Made by a program: the position numbers and the translations under genes. Positions 33,209-42,633 of a DNA stretch of 64,000 nucleotides are shown piece by piece; position 1 is the first letter of the stretch, and each line of letters starts with the position of its first letter. Below the pieces are notes generated by a model. It saw only the letters and a program-made list of their open reading frames with translations, was not told where the DNA came from and ran no database searches. The DNA comes from Verrucomicrobiota bacterium (lineage in GTDB: Bacteria; Verrucomicrobiota; Verrucomicrobiia; Limisphaerales; UBA1100). The DNA lies in contig JASLKQ010000001.1 in assembly GCA_030747505.1 (NCBI GenBank), positions 30,571 to 94,570 of the forward strand, read 5' to 3'.

Positions 33209-35878
33209 CTATTTCTTGATCTTGTAGACCTTGCCTCTCGGGTTTGAGGAGATCAGTTCAAAATATTCCTTATCGGCTCGGTCTAAAACCAAGAGCTGCA
33301 TTAACTGCGAATTGTATGCGGTCTCATCAGTAATGATTGCAAAGGGTGGATTCAGGGAAAAGATCAGGTGGCGATCAGCAGTTTCGCCTTTGGGGTTGTT
33401 CAGTTTGTACTTTTGGCGGGTATCCAGTCTTTCTGCTCCTTTCAACCTCATTGAAGGGTATATCCAACTGACCTTGGAATAAGGGATTTTAGCGACCTGA
33501 TCATCCAACAAGGTTGCTTCAATTGCCTCAGGCTGAAGGTTCAGTTTTTTTGTGTGTAACAGTAACCCTCGAGTGGATTGCAGGGAGATGATTTTGGAAT
33601 TCCACTCGATTTTTTGCCCGTAGGCGGTCATTGCTTTCATCTGTTTTGCGTCAATCTTTTTCCCGTATTCGCAAATAACCAGCTGAGCAAGATCAATCAG
33701 TAGGGCTGGTTGTTGATCTTGCGGATAGTAGGAAATCCACAGGGCATTCCCATCCAGTTTGGTGGCTTGAAAACGCACCAACAATGGAGAGGGAGCTTGT
33801 TCACCGGTTCGAAGGTTCCGTTCACTGAATGAATGAAGGACATGATAGAAGTTTAATAATTTAGATGGAAGAAACAGAAAAATATCCCGAGTGGGTTCCA
33901 CAGGGAGATGGTCTTCTATGTCAGACAATACTTCATCGGGGTCCAACTGTGCGTGTTGAAATAGATGTTCTACGGCCAAGCCGGTTCTGCCTTTCTGATC
34001 TCCATGGTGAAAGTATTCCGCAACCGTTCTGCCCAGATGAGCGGCTAATCTGGGTGAGTCGGTGGTCATCATTTTGGCAAATACATACGTATCATGGGTC
34101 TGGTTATTGGGTGAGGTAAGGACGTTTCTTTCAGCATGAAACCATACCGCAGACCCCCAGTCCCACCAGGTGTGAACATAATCGCCGGGCTTGGATTTAT
34201 TTTTGATATCATCCAGCAACTTTACCTCTGAGGACTGTAGGACAGTCGGCAAAGCCCGTGATCGGTCCTTTGCCAACTGTACGTTTGGCCACAAAATTCC
34301 AGCGCATAACCCAACCGTGGCTATATGGGTTGCGATTTTTCTGGTCAGCCAAGGGATGGTAGTTGTTGGCTCACTTGGAGCAGGGTTTGATGGCTTACGT
34401 TTTTTGACCGGATTGTCATTCTTTTTGGGTGAAATCCTGTTATACAATTCAACCATTGTTCCCGGTAACATGACTGCTGCCAATGCAGCAATTGGCACCG
34501 CGTGAACAGTGAACCTGTGCCCCCCCCAATGAGCGAAAATACCGATGCCGATGAATGGAAGTGCAATTGAGAACTCAGGAAAAACAAACAGTAATAGGAT
34601 ATAACCTATCAGTGCAATTATGCACCCCCAGGAGGATCCACTGATTCGTTCCATTAAGTTGCTCCAAGAGGAGCTTCGGGCTTCAATAATGGTTTCTATT
34701 ACATTTTTATATTGGAGAGGGGCCCGGATGGAATCCGTGGGGTTTAGTGTGGCTTGTTGTTCAGCATATAACCATTGGTAAATCTGAGTATTCTGGATTT
34801 TCGGGTAATATGTCGCAGCATAACGAGGGATACTCTTCAGGGTTTCATTAAAGCTGCATAAAAACACTAATCCGGCAAGTGCTCCTGCTATCATTAGCCG
34901 TTTGCTGAGAAGGGAATCCCACTTGATATATAGGGTGCATACGGACAGGGCGATGAGAAGCAGAATACTAATGGAGAATGAGTTCGTTTGGGTTGCGATA
35001 GCGATTCCCGAAGCGTATGAACACAAAGCCGTGGAAGTGCCCAGTAAAAGAGTAGCCGAGAGAGAGAATGAAATTGATTTGGGAGAATCATTTTTTCGTT
35101 TTATCCACCAGACCACGCCTCGATAACCAAGAAACATTAGGTTCAACGAGGTTATGATTGGAGTGCCTGAACTATAAAAAAACGGGTAAAAAAAAGTGAT
35201 GAAACTGGCCCCGATCAGCCATCCCACCGACTCCGTCTTGTTTGCCTGAAGTAGCAGATAAAGAATCAGGGCCGGAATGGTAACTGAAAACATATCTGTA
35301 TCAAAATAGCCGGCCATGGTTCGGTTGAAATAACTCGAACCAGCTACTGCTAGGCAGGCTGCGCAAAAACCGGTCAAAATGGACCCATAAAGGCGGCCGA
35401 TGAGAACCATGGGAATTGCCAAGAGACCAGCAGCATAAACCGGCATATAAATGGTGGTGGATGCTGCCGGAATATCGAGCAGATGGTTTAAGGCAACCCC
35501 AATGACGGTTAAGGCTCCGAAATCTATGACTTTGGGTTGGCGTTTTAATGGTTCTGCAGGTGGCTTATTGGGCCTGTTTTGGTTAATGATGGAGGAAAAC
35601 AGATAACTATCGTGAGTTGTGGGAAGTAGGGTTGTATTCCATTGCATGTGCGGCTGGGATTTGGCGTGAGAAACCCACTCCATTCTTAACCAGGTGGAGA
35701 AAGCCCAAGCGATTAAGATAGCAAGAGCCGTTAATCCATGATGAACCCACCTGTGATGTGAAGGCGGATTTTCGTCAGCGGATTTTTTTTGGCAATGGTC
35801 TTCTTCGTTAAGGTTACTCATTTCACCAAACTGTCGAAAGGGTGTTAAGATATAATTGATGAGGCAAACAATAAACAT
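33209..35878 (-). CDS. pglB: PglB/STT3-family oligosaccharyltransferase (bacterial N-glycosylation OST type)
   Basis: Polytopic N-terminal half plus a soluble C-terminal domain. 'TTHDSYLF', '[13 protein letters not shown]' (nt 35294-35302 encode DTD), 'ETIIEA', '[10 protein letters not shown]', 'HTWWDWG' (nt 34154-34168) and the C-terminal '[13 protein letters not shown]...GKVYKIKK' are collinear with Campylobacter PglB as I recall it. An alternative start is ATG 35821 (MSNLNEED...). Confidence 0.85.
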   Translation of the reverse strand: MFIVCLINYILTPFRQFGEMSNLNEEDHCQKKSADENPPSHHRWVHHGLTALAILIAWAFSTWLRMEWVSHAKSQPHMQWNTTLLPTTHDSYLFSSIINQNRPNKPPAEPLKRQPKVIDFGALTVIGVALNHLLDIPAASTTIYMPVYAAGLLAIPMVLIGRLYGSILTGFCAACLAVAGSSYFNRTMAGYFDTDMFSVTIPALILYLLLQANKTESVGWLIGASFITFFYPFFYSSGTPIITSLNLMFLGYRGVVWWIKRKNDSPKSISFSLSATLLLGTSTALCSYASGIAIATQTNSFSISILLLIALSVCTLYIKWDSLLSKRLMIAGALAGLVFLCSFNETLKSIPRYAATYYPKIQNTQIYQWLYAEQQATLNPTDSIRAPLQYKNVIETIIEARSSSWSNLMERISGSSWGCIIALIGYILLLFVFPEFSIALPFIGIGIFAHWGGHRFTVHAVPIAALAAVMLPGTMVELYNRISPKKNDNPVKKRKPSNPAPSEPTTTIPWLTRKIATHIATVGLCAGILWPNVQLAKDRSRALPTVLQSSEVKLLDDIKNKSKPGDYVHTWWDWGSAVWFHAERNVLTSPNNQTHDTYVFAKMMTTDSPRLAAHLGRTVAEYFHHGDQKGRTGLAVEHLFQHAQLDPDEVLSDIEDHLPVEPTRDIFLFLPSKLLNFYHVLHSFSERNLRTGEQAPSPLLVRFQATKLDGNALWISYYPQDQQPALLIDLAQLVICEYGKKIDAKQMKAMTAYGQKIEWNSKIISLQSTRGLLLHTKKLNLQPEAIEATLLDDQVAKIPYSKVSWIYPSMRLKGAERLDTRQKYKLNNPKGETADRHLIFSLNPPFAIITDETAYNSQLMQLLVLDRADKEYFELISSNPRGKVYKIKK

Positions 35879-35968
35879 TCACTTAAAGCATCGGGTTTAC
35901 TGTGGTGGATAACTCATATAGGTTCCACGCTTTACAGTTTACTCCTGAGGAGAGAGCCTATTGAACCA

Positions 35969-36487
35969 ATGGGTGCTGATGTGCCAACTCAGGATAGAGA
36001 GGAGGATCTATTGTGGTATGCGGTTCACACCAAACCAAGATGTGAGAAAAAGCTTCGGACGTGGTGTGTCCGAAATGAAATAACCTGTGAGCTTCCTACG
36101 TATTCCTCTTTAAGAAAATATCGTGGTAAAGAGGTGGAATTCAGCAAGCCTCTTTTTCCCGGGTACGTGTTTCCCCGAGTGCCTGTTTCGAATGCACAAT
36201 TTATCTACCGCAGCAATTACGCGGTGAAACTTCTCGAGCCGGTAGATCAAGAGGAGTTTAGCAGTCAATTATCGGCCATAATTGTTGCAACTGAAAATAT
36301 GGAGCAGATTCGGTTGGTGCCGAATATTTCAGTAGGGTCTCGTGTCGTGATCCGAAATGGGCCATTAGCTGGAATTGAGGCTTGGGTGCAGGATAGGGAT
36401 GGACCGAGTGAAGTCATTCTGAGATTGGATTTTATAGGGCAAGCTGCGGCAGTAAGCCTGTCTGTTGAGGAATTACAGTTGGTGTAA
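35969..36487 (+). CDS. NusG-paralogue transcription antiterminator (UpxY/RfaH-like)
   Basis: NGN domain 'LWYAVHTKPRCEKKLRTWC......ELPTY........GKEVEFSKPLFPGYVFPRV' and a KOW-like 'GSRVVIRNGPLAGIEAWV'. It lies at the head of a polysaccharide locus. Confidence 0.75.
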   Translation: MGADVPTQDREEDLLWYAVHTKPRCEKKLRTWCVRNEITCELPTYSSLRKYRGKEVEFSKPLFPGYVFPRVPVSNAQFIYRSNYAVKLLEPVDQEEFSSQLSAIIVATENMEQIRLVPNISVGSRVVIRNGPLAGIEAWVQDRDGPSEVILRLDFIGQAAAVSLSVEELQLV

Positions 36488-36693
36488 AAGAGCTTGCTAT
36501 ATGGCCCACATCCACATATTTTCGATTTGTTAAGTATGTTTAGTTTAGGCTGAACGTATTAATCATTCTGGCCTATAAATACGGTTATGCTTTTGCGAAC
36601 CGACGGGCGCGGCGCGTTCAACTTGTTTTTATTCCTATAAAACCACTGAAAAACCCTGATACAACAGACAGCAGTACTCTGCCTAAGGTACGT

Positions 36694-37155
36694 ATGGAGT
36701 TTGCGGATGCGGGAGGGCGTTTCGCTCTTTCGCTCGGGCTTCCCAGATCGGTCGGTGAAATATATGGCCTTTTGTATCTATCGACCAAACCCATGTCGGC
36801 CCCTGAGATTGGAGCCGCACTTTCTATAAGTAAGGGCAGTGTGAGTACGGGGACTCGGCAGCTGTTGAGTTTAGGCTTCATCCAGAAGGTATGGCTGCAG
36901 GGGGAGCGAAAAGATTATTTCGAAGCAGTGATAGAATTGGGAGAAATGGCTCAAATGGCCTATGAACGAATTGTTAAGCATCGCACACAAGAGGCTGAAC
37001 GTAGGTTCGATTCATTAAGGAATACTCTGGCCCAAGAGGAAAAAGAGATTAATCAAGAAGAGTGTGCAATTATTAGGGAGAGACTGGAAAAACTGGGAAA
37101 ATTACAAGAACGAGCCTCCAAATTGATTCCTTTGATTGAAAAGATAATACGGTGA
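36694..37155 (+). CDS. GbsR/MarR-family winged-helix transcriptional regulator
   Basis: 'GLPRSVGEIYGLLYLSTKPMSAPEIGAALSISKGSVSTGTRQLLSLGFIQKVWLQGERKDYFEA' matches the GbsR-type wHTH pattern. The stop overlaps the next start. Confidence 0.6.
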   Translation: MEFADAGGRFALSLGLPRSVGEIYGLLYLSTKPMSAPEIGAALSISKGSVSTGTRQLLSLGFIQKVWLQGERKDYFEAVIELGEMAQMAYERIVKHRTQEAERRFDSLRNTLAQEEKEINQEECAIIRERLEKLGKLQERASKLIPLIEKIIR

Positions 37156-38135
37156 TGTCACCACAAATAGCTCTATTTGGATGTGGATATTGGGGGAAGA
37201 ATATTGCACGAAATTTATATGAATTAGATGCACTTAAAATGGTATGTGACCCTTCTGATACCGGGCAGAGCAAAGCTCGGGAGATGGCTCCGGAAGTGGA
37301 TGTGGTCTCAGACTTCAAAGAGGCATTCTTGAATGAAGATATCCGGGGTGTTGCTATTGCTACGCCTGCAGAAACACATTTTGAGCTTGCGAGGTGCGCC
37401 CTGGAAGCCGGGAAGGACGTATTTGTAGAGAAGCCCCTAGCTCTTAATGCTGCTGAAGGGATACGCTTATGTCAATTAGCTCGGGATCAGGATCGGATTT
37501 TGATGGTGGGGCACCTATTGGAATATCATCCAGCGGTGGAGTATCTCAAGGGGATGACTGAAAAAAAAGAACTGGGGGAGCTGCGTTATATCTATTCGCA
37601 CCGGCTGAATTTTGGAAAGGTTCGCACTGAAGAAAATGCTTTGTGGAGTTTTGCTCCTCATGATGTGGCGGTGATTTTGCGGCTGACGGGGGAAATGCCG
37701 CAGGAAGTTCAGTGTACAGGGGGTAGTTATTTAACACCGGGACTGACTGATGTAACGATGTCTGTGCTCAAATTCGAATCCGGGGTCCGTGCACATGTTT
37801 TTGTGAGCTGGCTGAATCCCTATAAGGAGCAGAAGTTGGTTGTGACTGGATCTGAGCGAATGGCGGTTTTCAATGATGTGACGAAGGAAAAACTCGTGCT
37901 TCATGAGCAGAGGGTTGATTTTCAAGGAGCCCAACCATTGTTGAGGGATCAGGGGGCCGAAACGGTTGAATTGCCTGATGCCGAACCTTTGCGAAGGGAG
38001 TTCGAACACTTTATCCATTGTATTGAACACCGCCAAAAGCCACTGACAGATGCAGAAAGTGGGGTTCGAGTGTTGAAGGTTCTTGAGGCTTGCCAGAAAT
38101 CCATGGATTTAAACGGACAAAGCGTAATACTCTGA
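37152..38135 (+). CDS. Gfo/Idh/MocA-family NAD-dependent sugar-nucleotide 3-dehydrogenase (WbpB-like)
   Basis: 'IALFGCGYWGKNIARN' Rossmann N-terminus and 'DVFVEKPLAL' (EKP motif). It is followed directly by an LbH acetyltransferase and a DegT aminotransferase. Confidence 0.75.
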   Translation: MMSPQIALFGCGYWGKNIARNLYELDALKMVCDPSDTGQSKAREMAPEVDVVSDFKEAFLNEDIRGVAIATPAETHFELARCALEAGKDVFVEKPLALNAAEGIRLCQLARDQDRILMVGHLLEYHPAVEYLKGMTEKKELGELRYIYSHRLNFGKVRTEENALWSFAPHDVAVILRLTGEMPQEVQCTGGSYLTPGLTDVTMSVLKFESGVRAHVFVSWLNPYKEQKLVVTGSERMAVFNDVTKEKLVLHEQRVDFQGAQPLLRDQGAETVELPDAEPLRREFEHFIHCIEHRQKPLTDAESGVRVLKVLEACQKSMDLNGQSVIL

Positions 38136-38791
38136 TGGAGACAAATAACCAGATTCATCCGACGGCAGTTGTTGACCAACCTTGTATCATTGGTGCTGGA
38201 ACACGCGTATGGCATTTTAGTCATATTTGCAAAGGGGCGCAGATTGGAGAATGCTGCAGCATTGGACAGAACATATTCGTTTCCGGAGGCGTGGTGATGG
38301 GAGATCGGGTTAAGGTACAAAATAATGTGTCTTTATATGACGGCATCACAATTGAAGATGATGTTTTTCTTGGGCCCTCATGCGTGCTTACGAATATTAC
38401 CAACCCCCGTTCGCAAGTGGTTCGTAAAGCGCTCTATGAGAAAACACTTGTTCGTCGGGGTGCAACCATCGGTGCGAATGCGACGATTGTTTGCGGCACC
38501 CAAATCGGTCTTTATGCATTTGTAGGGGCCGGAGCTGTAATACGGAGTGATGTTCCTGATTATGCCATGATGCTTGGGGTGCCGGCAGTTCAAAATGGCT
38601 GGGTGAGTCGCCATGGACACAAGCTTGAATTTGATGAAGAAGGCATAGCTATCTGCCCTGAATCGAAACTGCGTTATCAACTTGAAGACGGGAGGGTGTG
38701 TTGTCTTGATTTGAGTGAAGAGAATCCTCTCCCAGAGGAATTGGCTTCCGGGAAGGGGGCTTATCAAGACTATAAGCAAAAAGAGGCTTGA
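38135..38791 (+). CDS. left-handed beta-helix N-acetyltransferase (WbpD-like)
   Basis: The start at ATG 38135 overlaps the upstream TGA (TGATG). Hexapeptide repeats include 'IGAGTRVWHFSHICKGAQIGECCSIGQNIFV' and 'VRRGATIGANATIVCGTQIGLYAFVGAGAVI'. Confidence 0.8.
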   Translation: METNNQIHPTAVVDQPCIIGAGTRVWHFSHICKGAQIGECCSIGQNIFVSGGVVMGDRVKVQNNVSLYDGITIEDDVFLGPSCVLTNITNPRSQVVRKALYEKTLVRRGATIGANATIVCGTQIGLYAFVGAGAVIRSDVPDYAMMLGVPAVQNGWVSRHGHKLEFDEEGIAICPESKLRYQLEDGRVCCLDLSEENPLPEELASGKGAYQDYKQKEA

Positions 38792-39885
38792 TGGAATTTA
38801 TTGATCTTAAAACGAGGCTGGAACGCATTCGTGAGAAAGTTGATCAGCGCGTGGCGGCGGTACTGGATCATGGGCAGTTTATTCTGGGTCCCGAGGTGTA
38901 CGAACTTGAGCAAACGCTTGCTTCCTATGTTGGGACGAAATATTGCGTTGGAGTTTCCAGCGGAACCGATTCGCTACTCATTGCACTGATGGCTCTGGAG
39001 GTTGGTTCAGGTGATGAAGTGATTACAGTTCCCTACACGTGGATTTCCACTGCCGAAGTGATAGCCTTAACGGGAGCTAGGCCGGTTTTTGTGGATATTG
39101 ACCCAGAAACCTGGAACATGGACCCTAATCTTTTGGAAGATGCCATTACTGAGAACACCAAGGCAATCATGCCTGTGGGCATTTATGGCCAGACTGCGGA
39201 CATGGATTCAATTAATCAAATTGCCAACCGCCACAATTTGCCTGTTATTGAGGATGCTGCGCAAAGTTTTGGTGCCACCTATCATGGGCGCAAGTCCTGT
39301 GCGCTTTCAACGATTGGGAGCACATCATTTTTCCCCTCCAAGCCATTGGGTGGCTTTGGGGATAGCGGTGCGCTTTTCACTGATGACGATGAGCTAGCAG
39401 AAAAATTTCGGTGGATTAGGGTCCATGGGCAGGAACGCAAGCATCGCCATCCTATCCTGGGCGTGAATGGTCGGCTGGATACAATCCAGGCTGCAGCCCT
39501 GCTTGCGATCTTTGAAATATTTCCTGAAGAAGTTGAGCAGCGTCAGGCAATTGGTTCTCAATATAATTCTCTATTATCAAAAATAGATGAGCCAAACATA
39601 GAATTGCCGCACGTCGCGGAGCAATCAACATCAGTGTACGCCCAATACACGATCCTATCTGAAGACCGGAATAATATTCAGGACCGTTTAAAATCCTCTA
39701 ATATTCCCTCAGTAGCCTATTATGCCGTGCCATTGCATTTACAGCCGGTATTTGCGGGCTTGAACCATAAATATGGTGATTTCCCGGTAACGGAGAAAGT
39801 TGCCGACCAATGTCTCAGCCTTCCGATGAGTGCTTGCTTACGGGTTGAGGATCAACAGGCTGTGGTTGAGGCCATACAATCGTGA
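38791..39885 (+). CDS. DegT/DnrJ/EryC1/StrS-family PLP-dependent sugar aminotransferase (WbpE-like)
   Basis: ATG 38791 with SD 'AAAGAGG' upstream. 'ILGPEVYELEQ', 'IEDAAQSFGA' and the PLP-Lys context 'SFFPSKPLGGFGDSGALFT'. Confidence 0.85.
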   Translation: MEFIDLKTRLERIREKVDQRVAAVLDHGQFILGPEVYELEQTLASYVGTKYCVGVSSGTDSLLIALMALEVGSGDEVITVPYTWISTAEVIALTGARPVFVDIDPETWNMDPNLLEDAITENTKAIMPVGIYGQTADMDSINQIANRHNLPVIEDAAQSFGATYHGRKSCALSTIGSTSFFPSKPLGGFGDSGALFTDDDELAEKFRWIRVHGQERKHRHPILGVNGRLDTIQAAALLAIFEIFPEEVEQRQAIGSQYNSLLSKIDEPNIELPHVAEQSTSVYAQYTILSEDRNNIQDRLKSSNIPSVAYYAVPLHLQPVFAGLNHKYGDFPVTEKVADQCLSLPMSACLRVEDQQAVVEAIQS

Positions 39886-41663
39886 CCAATCCTCCCGAGA
39901 ACCAACAGATTCCGCTGCACAAAATGTTCATCCAGATTTGGGGACTTCTGGAAACTGAAGACCGTCGCCGGGCAATGGGAGTGCTGATGCTCATCCTTGT
40001 CGGGACCCTCTTGGAAATCCTAGGGGTGGGCTTGGTTATCCCCGTGGTTACCCTGCTCAGCCAGCCTGAATCAACCTCTACTTCCTCCGAATTAAAGAGT
40101 TTGCATAAGGCCTTGGGTGCGCCGGCTCATAGTGTCTTTATGTTTTGGGCACTGGGAGGGTTGCTCTTGGTCTTTGTGATCAAAAACGCGTTCATCATGT
40201 TGTCCACCTGGTGTCAGGTACGTTTCTTGTTCAACTATCAATCCAAGCTATCTGGTAAATTGATGGCAGTCTACCTCAACCGTCCCTACGCATTCCACCT
40301 GCAACACTCGACTGCTGAGTTGCTGCAGAAAATCAACGGTGAGTTGGGATCACTCATCCATGGAGTTCTGAGCCCCATTTTGTGGATTATCAGCGAAAGC
40401 TTCGTTGTTGTCGGTTTGCTGCTGCTGGCTTTATCAGTCAATCCACTGTGTGCTCTGATCGCCATGTGCGGCCTGGGTGCGGCGTTTTGGGCCTACTACC
40501 ACTTCTTCAAGGCGCGTGTGGAATTCTGGGGTTGCCGTACTCAAGAACATTCTGAGGGCATGTATGAGCAAATGCAGTGCGGATTGGGTGGCATCAAGGA
40601 AGTGAAGATTTTTGGTAGAGAAAGATTTTTTTCCGACACGTTCGCTCTCCATGCTCAAGAATCAGCACGATACACATCTCGACATGAATTCCTAGTACAG
40701 TCGTCCCGTTACGTCATTGAGCTGTTGGTAATTACAGTTTTGCTGGGGGCAATCATGCTACTGGTTGGCGTAGGCGGCGGAACAGGAGCTGTCGTTCCCA
40801 CACTCGCCTTTTTTGCCGTTGCTGCTTTTCGACTCATGCCTTCTTCCCAGCGCCTGATGGGTAACGCCAACAGCATCCGTTACGGTGCTCGATCTCTCCG
40901 CCTGTTGCGTCCTGACCTGATTGAAATCTTTGACCAACAGGGTGCCTGTTCTGAGGAGATTAGCCCCTTCTTCTTCCGACATGAGCTCAAGCTTCGGCAT
41001 GTGTCTTTTAGATATAGCAAAGGACACGAGGAAGTGCTGAAAGAACTAAACCTTACCATTCCGCACGGAGTCATGATCGGTTTTCAAGGTAAAAGTGGTG
41101 CAGGTAAAACCACGTTGGTAGATCTCATTCTGGGGTTATTAGAGCCCACTCAAGGAGAAGTGGTAGTCGATGGGGTTTCCATCCAGAAAAACCTATCGGG
41201 CTGGCAGGCAAATATTGGCTATGTGCCCCAGAGCATCTTTCTCACGGACGATACATTGCGGCGGAATGTGGCGTTTGGGATTGAGGATCAAAAGATCGAT
41301 GAGTTACGAGTTCACGAGGTATTATGCCAAGCGCAACTTGAGGAATTCGTGAACTCCCGTTCAGAAAAACTGGAAACCTTGGTCGGTGAACGCGGCATTC
41401 GTCTTTCCGGTGGCCAACGTCAGCGTATCGGGATAGCACGTGCCCTCTACCACGACCCCGACATCCTCGTCTTGGATGAGGCTACCGCCTCGCTTGATCT
41501 CGACACTGAGGTGGAATTCATGAAAATCATTCATTCTCTGAAAAAGAAAAAAACCATCATTCTTATTTCTCACCGCCTATCTGCTATGGAAGGCTGCGAC
41601 AGGAAATATCAAATACAGGCCGGACGCTTGCAGCCCCTGGGGACTCCTTCCGCTAAAAGCTGA
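39882..41663 (+). CDS. fused TMD-NBD ABC transporter (MsbA/PglK-type lipid-linked glycan flippase candidate)
   Basis: Six-TM N-terminal half, Walker A 'GKSGAGKTT', signature 'LSGGQRQR' and Walker B 'ILVLDEATASLD'. The start overlaps the upstream stop. Confidence 0.8.
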   Translation: MTNPPENQQIPLHKMFIQIWGLLETEDRRRAMGVLMLILVGTLLEILGVGLVIPVVTLLSQPESTSTSSELKSLHKALGAPAHSVFMFWALGGLLLVFVIKNAFIMLSTWCQVRFLFNYQSKLSGKLMAVYLNRPYAFHLQHSTAELLQKINGELGSLIHGVLSPILWIISESFVVVGLLLLALSVNPLCALIAMCGLGAAFWAYYHFFKARVEFWGCRTQEHSEGMYEQMQCGLGGIKEVKIFGRERFFSDTFALHAQESARYTSRHEFLVQSSRYVIELLVITVLLGAIMLLVGVGGGTGAVVPTLAFFAVAAFRLMPSSQRLMGNANSIRYGARSLRLLRPDLIEIFDQQGACSEEISPFFFRHELKLRHVSFRYSKGHEEVLKELNLTIPHGVMIGFQGKSGAGKTTLVDLILGLLEPTQGEVVVDGVSIQKNLSGWQANIGYVPQSIFLTDDTLRRNVAFGIEDQKIDELRVHEVLCQAQLEEFVNSRSEKLETLVGERGIRLSGGQRQRIGIARALYHDPDILVLDEATASLDLDTEVEFMKIIHSLKKKKTIILISHRLSAMEGCDRKYQIQAGRLQPLGTPSAKS

Positions 41664-41664
41664 C

Positions 41665-42633
41665 ATGAAAACTACCCGATCAAAAATTCTTGTAATCGGT
41701 GGCGCAGGCTTTATTGGGAGTCATGTTGTCGCCGAGTTACTTAAAACCAAGGTTGCTGAAGTGGTCATCTACGATAATTTTGCCCGTGGTAAGGCAAAAT
41801 ATATTGCTGAATATCTGAAGGATTCACGCTGCACCGTTTGGCCCCATGGTGGCGATATTCGCGACCTGGACCTACTCAACGATGCCATGGCTGGCATGGA
41901 TGGGGTTATTCACCTTGCGGCCATGTGGCTTTTGCACTGCCGTGACTATCCCCGCACCGCCTTCCACGTAAATATAGAAGGGACGTTTAATGTTCTCGAG
42001 GCGTGTGTAAAAAATAACATTAAACGCCTGGTCTATTCCTCGTCTGCTTCTGTTTATGGCGATGCTGTTGAGGTTCCCATGACCGAGGCACATCCCTTCA
42101 AAAACCGCAATTTTTATGGGGCCACCAAGATCGCTGGTGAGGCCATGTGTCGAGCTTATTACGATCGGTATGGCCTTGACTATGTTGGCCTGCGTTACAT
42201 GAACGTCTACGGCCCACAACAGGATCAGCACGCCGTTTACTCTGGAGTCATCCCCACCATGCTCAACAAGATTGATGCCGGAGAGCCTCTTGCCGTCAAT
42301 GGAGACGGCTCTCAGGCCTACGACTTCATTTATGTCGATGATGTTGCTCGATCTAACGTACTCGCGCTTGAGGCCTCTGCCACCGACGAATTCTATAACG
42401 TAGGCACAGGTGTTCAGACTACCATCCGAGAGCTCTGTGACACCATCCTCGAATTGAAACAATCAGGCCATGAGGTTACTTACCAGCCTTACAGTGCGGA
42501 CGATTCAAGGCGACTGGTTCAGAACCGGATCGGTTGTCCCAAGCAGGCTGATGAACAGCTTGATTTCCGACACCAGATTTCCCTGCGGGAGGGCCTGCAA
42601 AAACTGATTGATTGGCGCAATGCCGGTAACTAA
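41665..42633 (+). CDS. extended SDR NAD-dependent sugar-nucleotide epimerase/dehydratase
   Basis: 'ILVIGGAGFIGSH', 'SSSASVYG' and 'YGATK' (YxxxK). Confidence 0.8.
   Translation: MKTTRSKILVIGGAGFIGSHVVAELLKTKVAEVVIYDNFARGKAKYIAEYLKDSRCTVWPHGGDIRDLDLLNDAMAGMDGVIHLAAMWLLHCRDYPRTAFHVNIEGTFNVLEACVKNNIKRLVYSSSASVYGDAVEVPMTEAHPFKNRNFYGATKIAGEAMCRAYYDRYGLDYVGLRYMNVYGPQQDQHAVYSGVIPTMLNKIDAGEPLAVNGDGSQAYDFIYVDDVARSNVLALEASATDEFYNVGTGVQTTIRELCDTILELKQSGHEVTYQPYSADDSRRLVQNRIGCPKQADEQLDFRHQISLREGLQKLIDWRNAGN

Noticed and set aside
36488-36693. I searched the leader between the NusG paralogue and the first locus gene for an RfaH-type ops/JUMPstart element (GGCGGTAG) and a clear sigma70 promoter.
   Set aside because: No ops match was found. 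Only a weak 'TATAAAT' -10-like hexamer (about 36580) without a convincing -35 is present, which is not enough to annotate a promoter.
36618-36881. An 87-aa minus-strand ORF overlaps the start of the GbsR-like gene.
   Set aside because: It has no motifs, and it lies opposite a gene with a clear wHTH pattern inside a strictly + strand operon.
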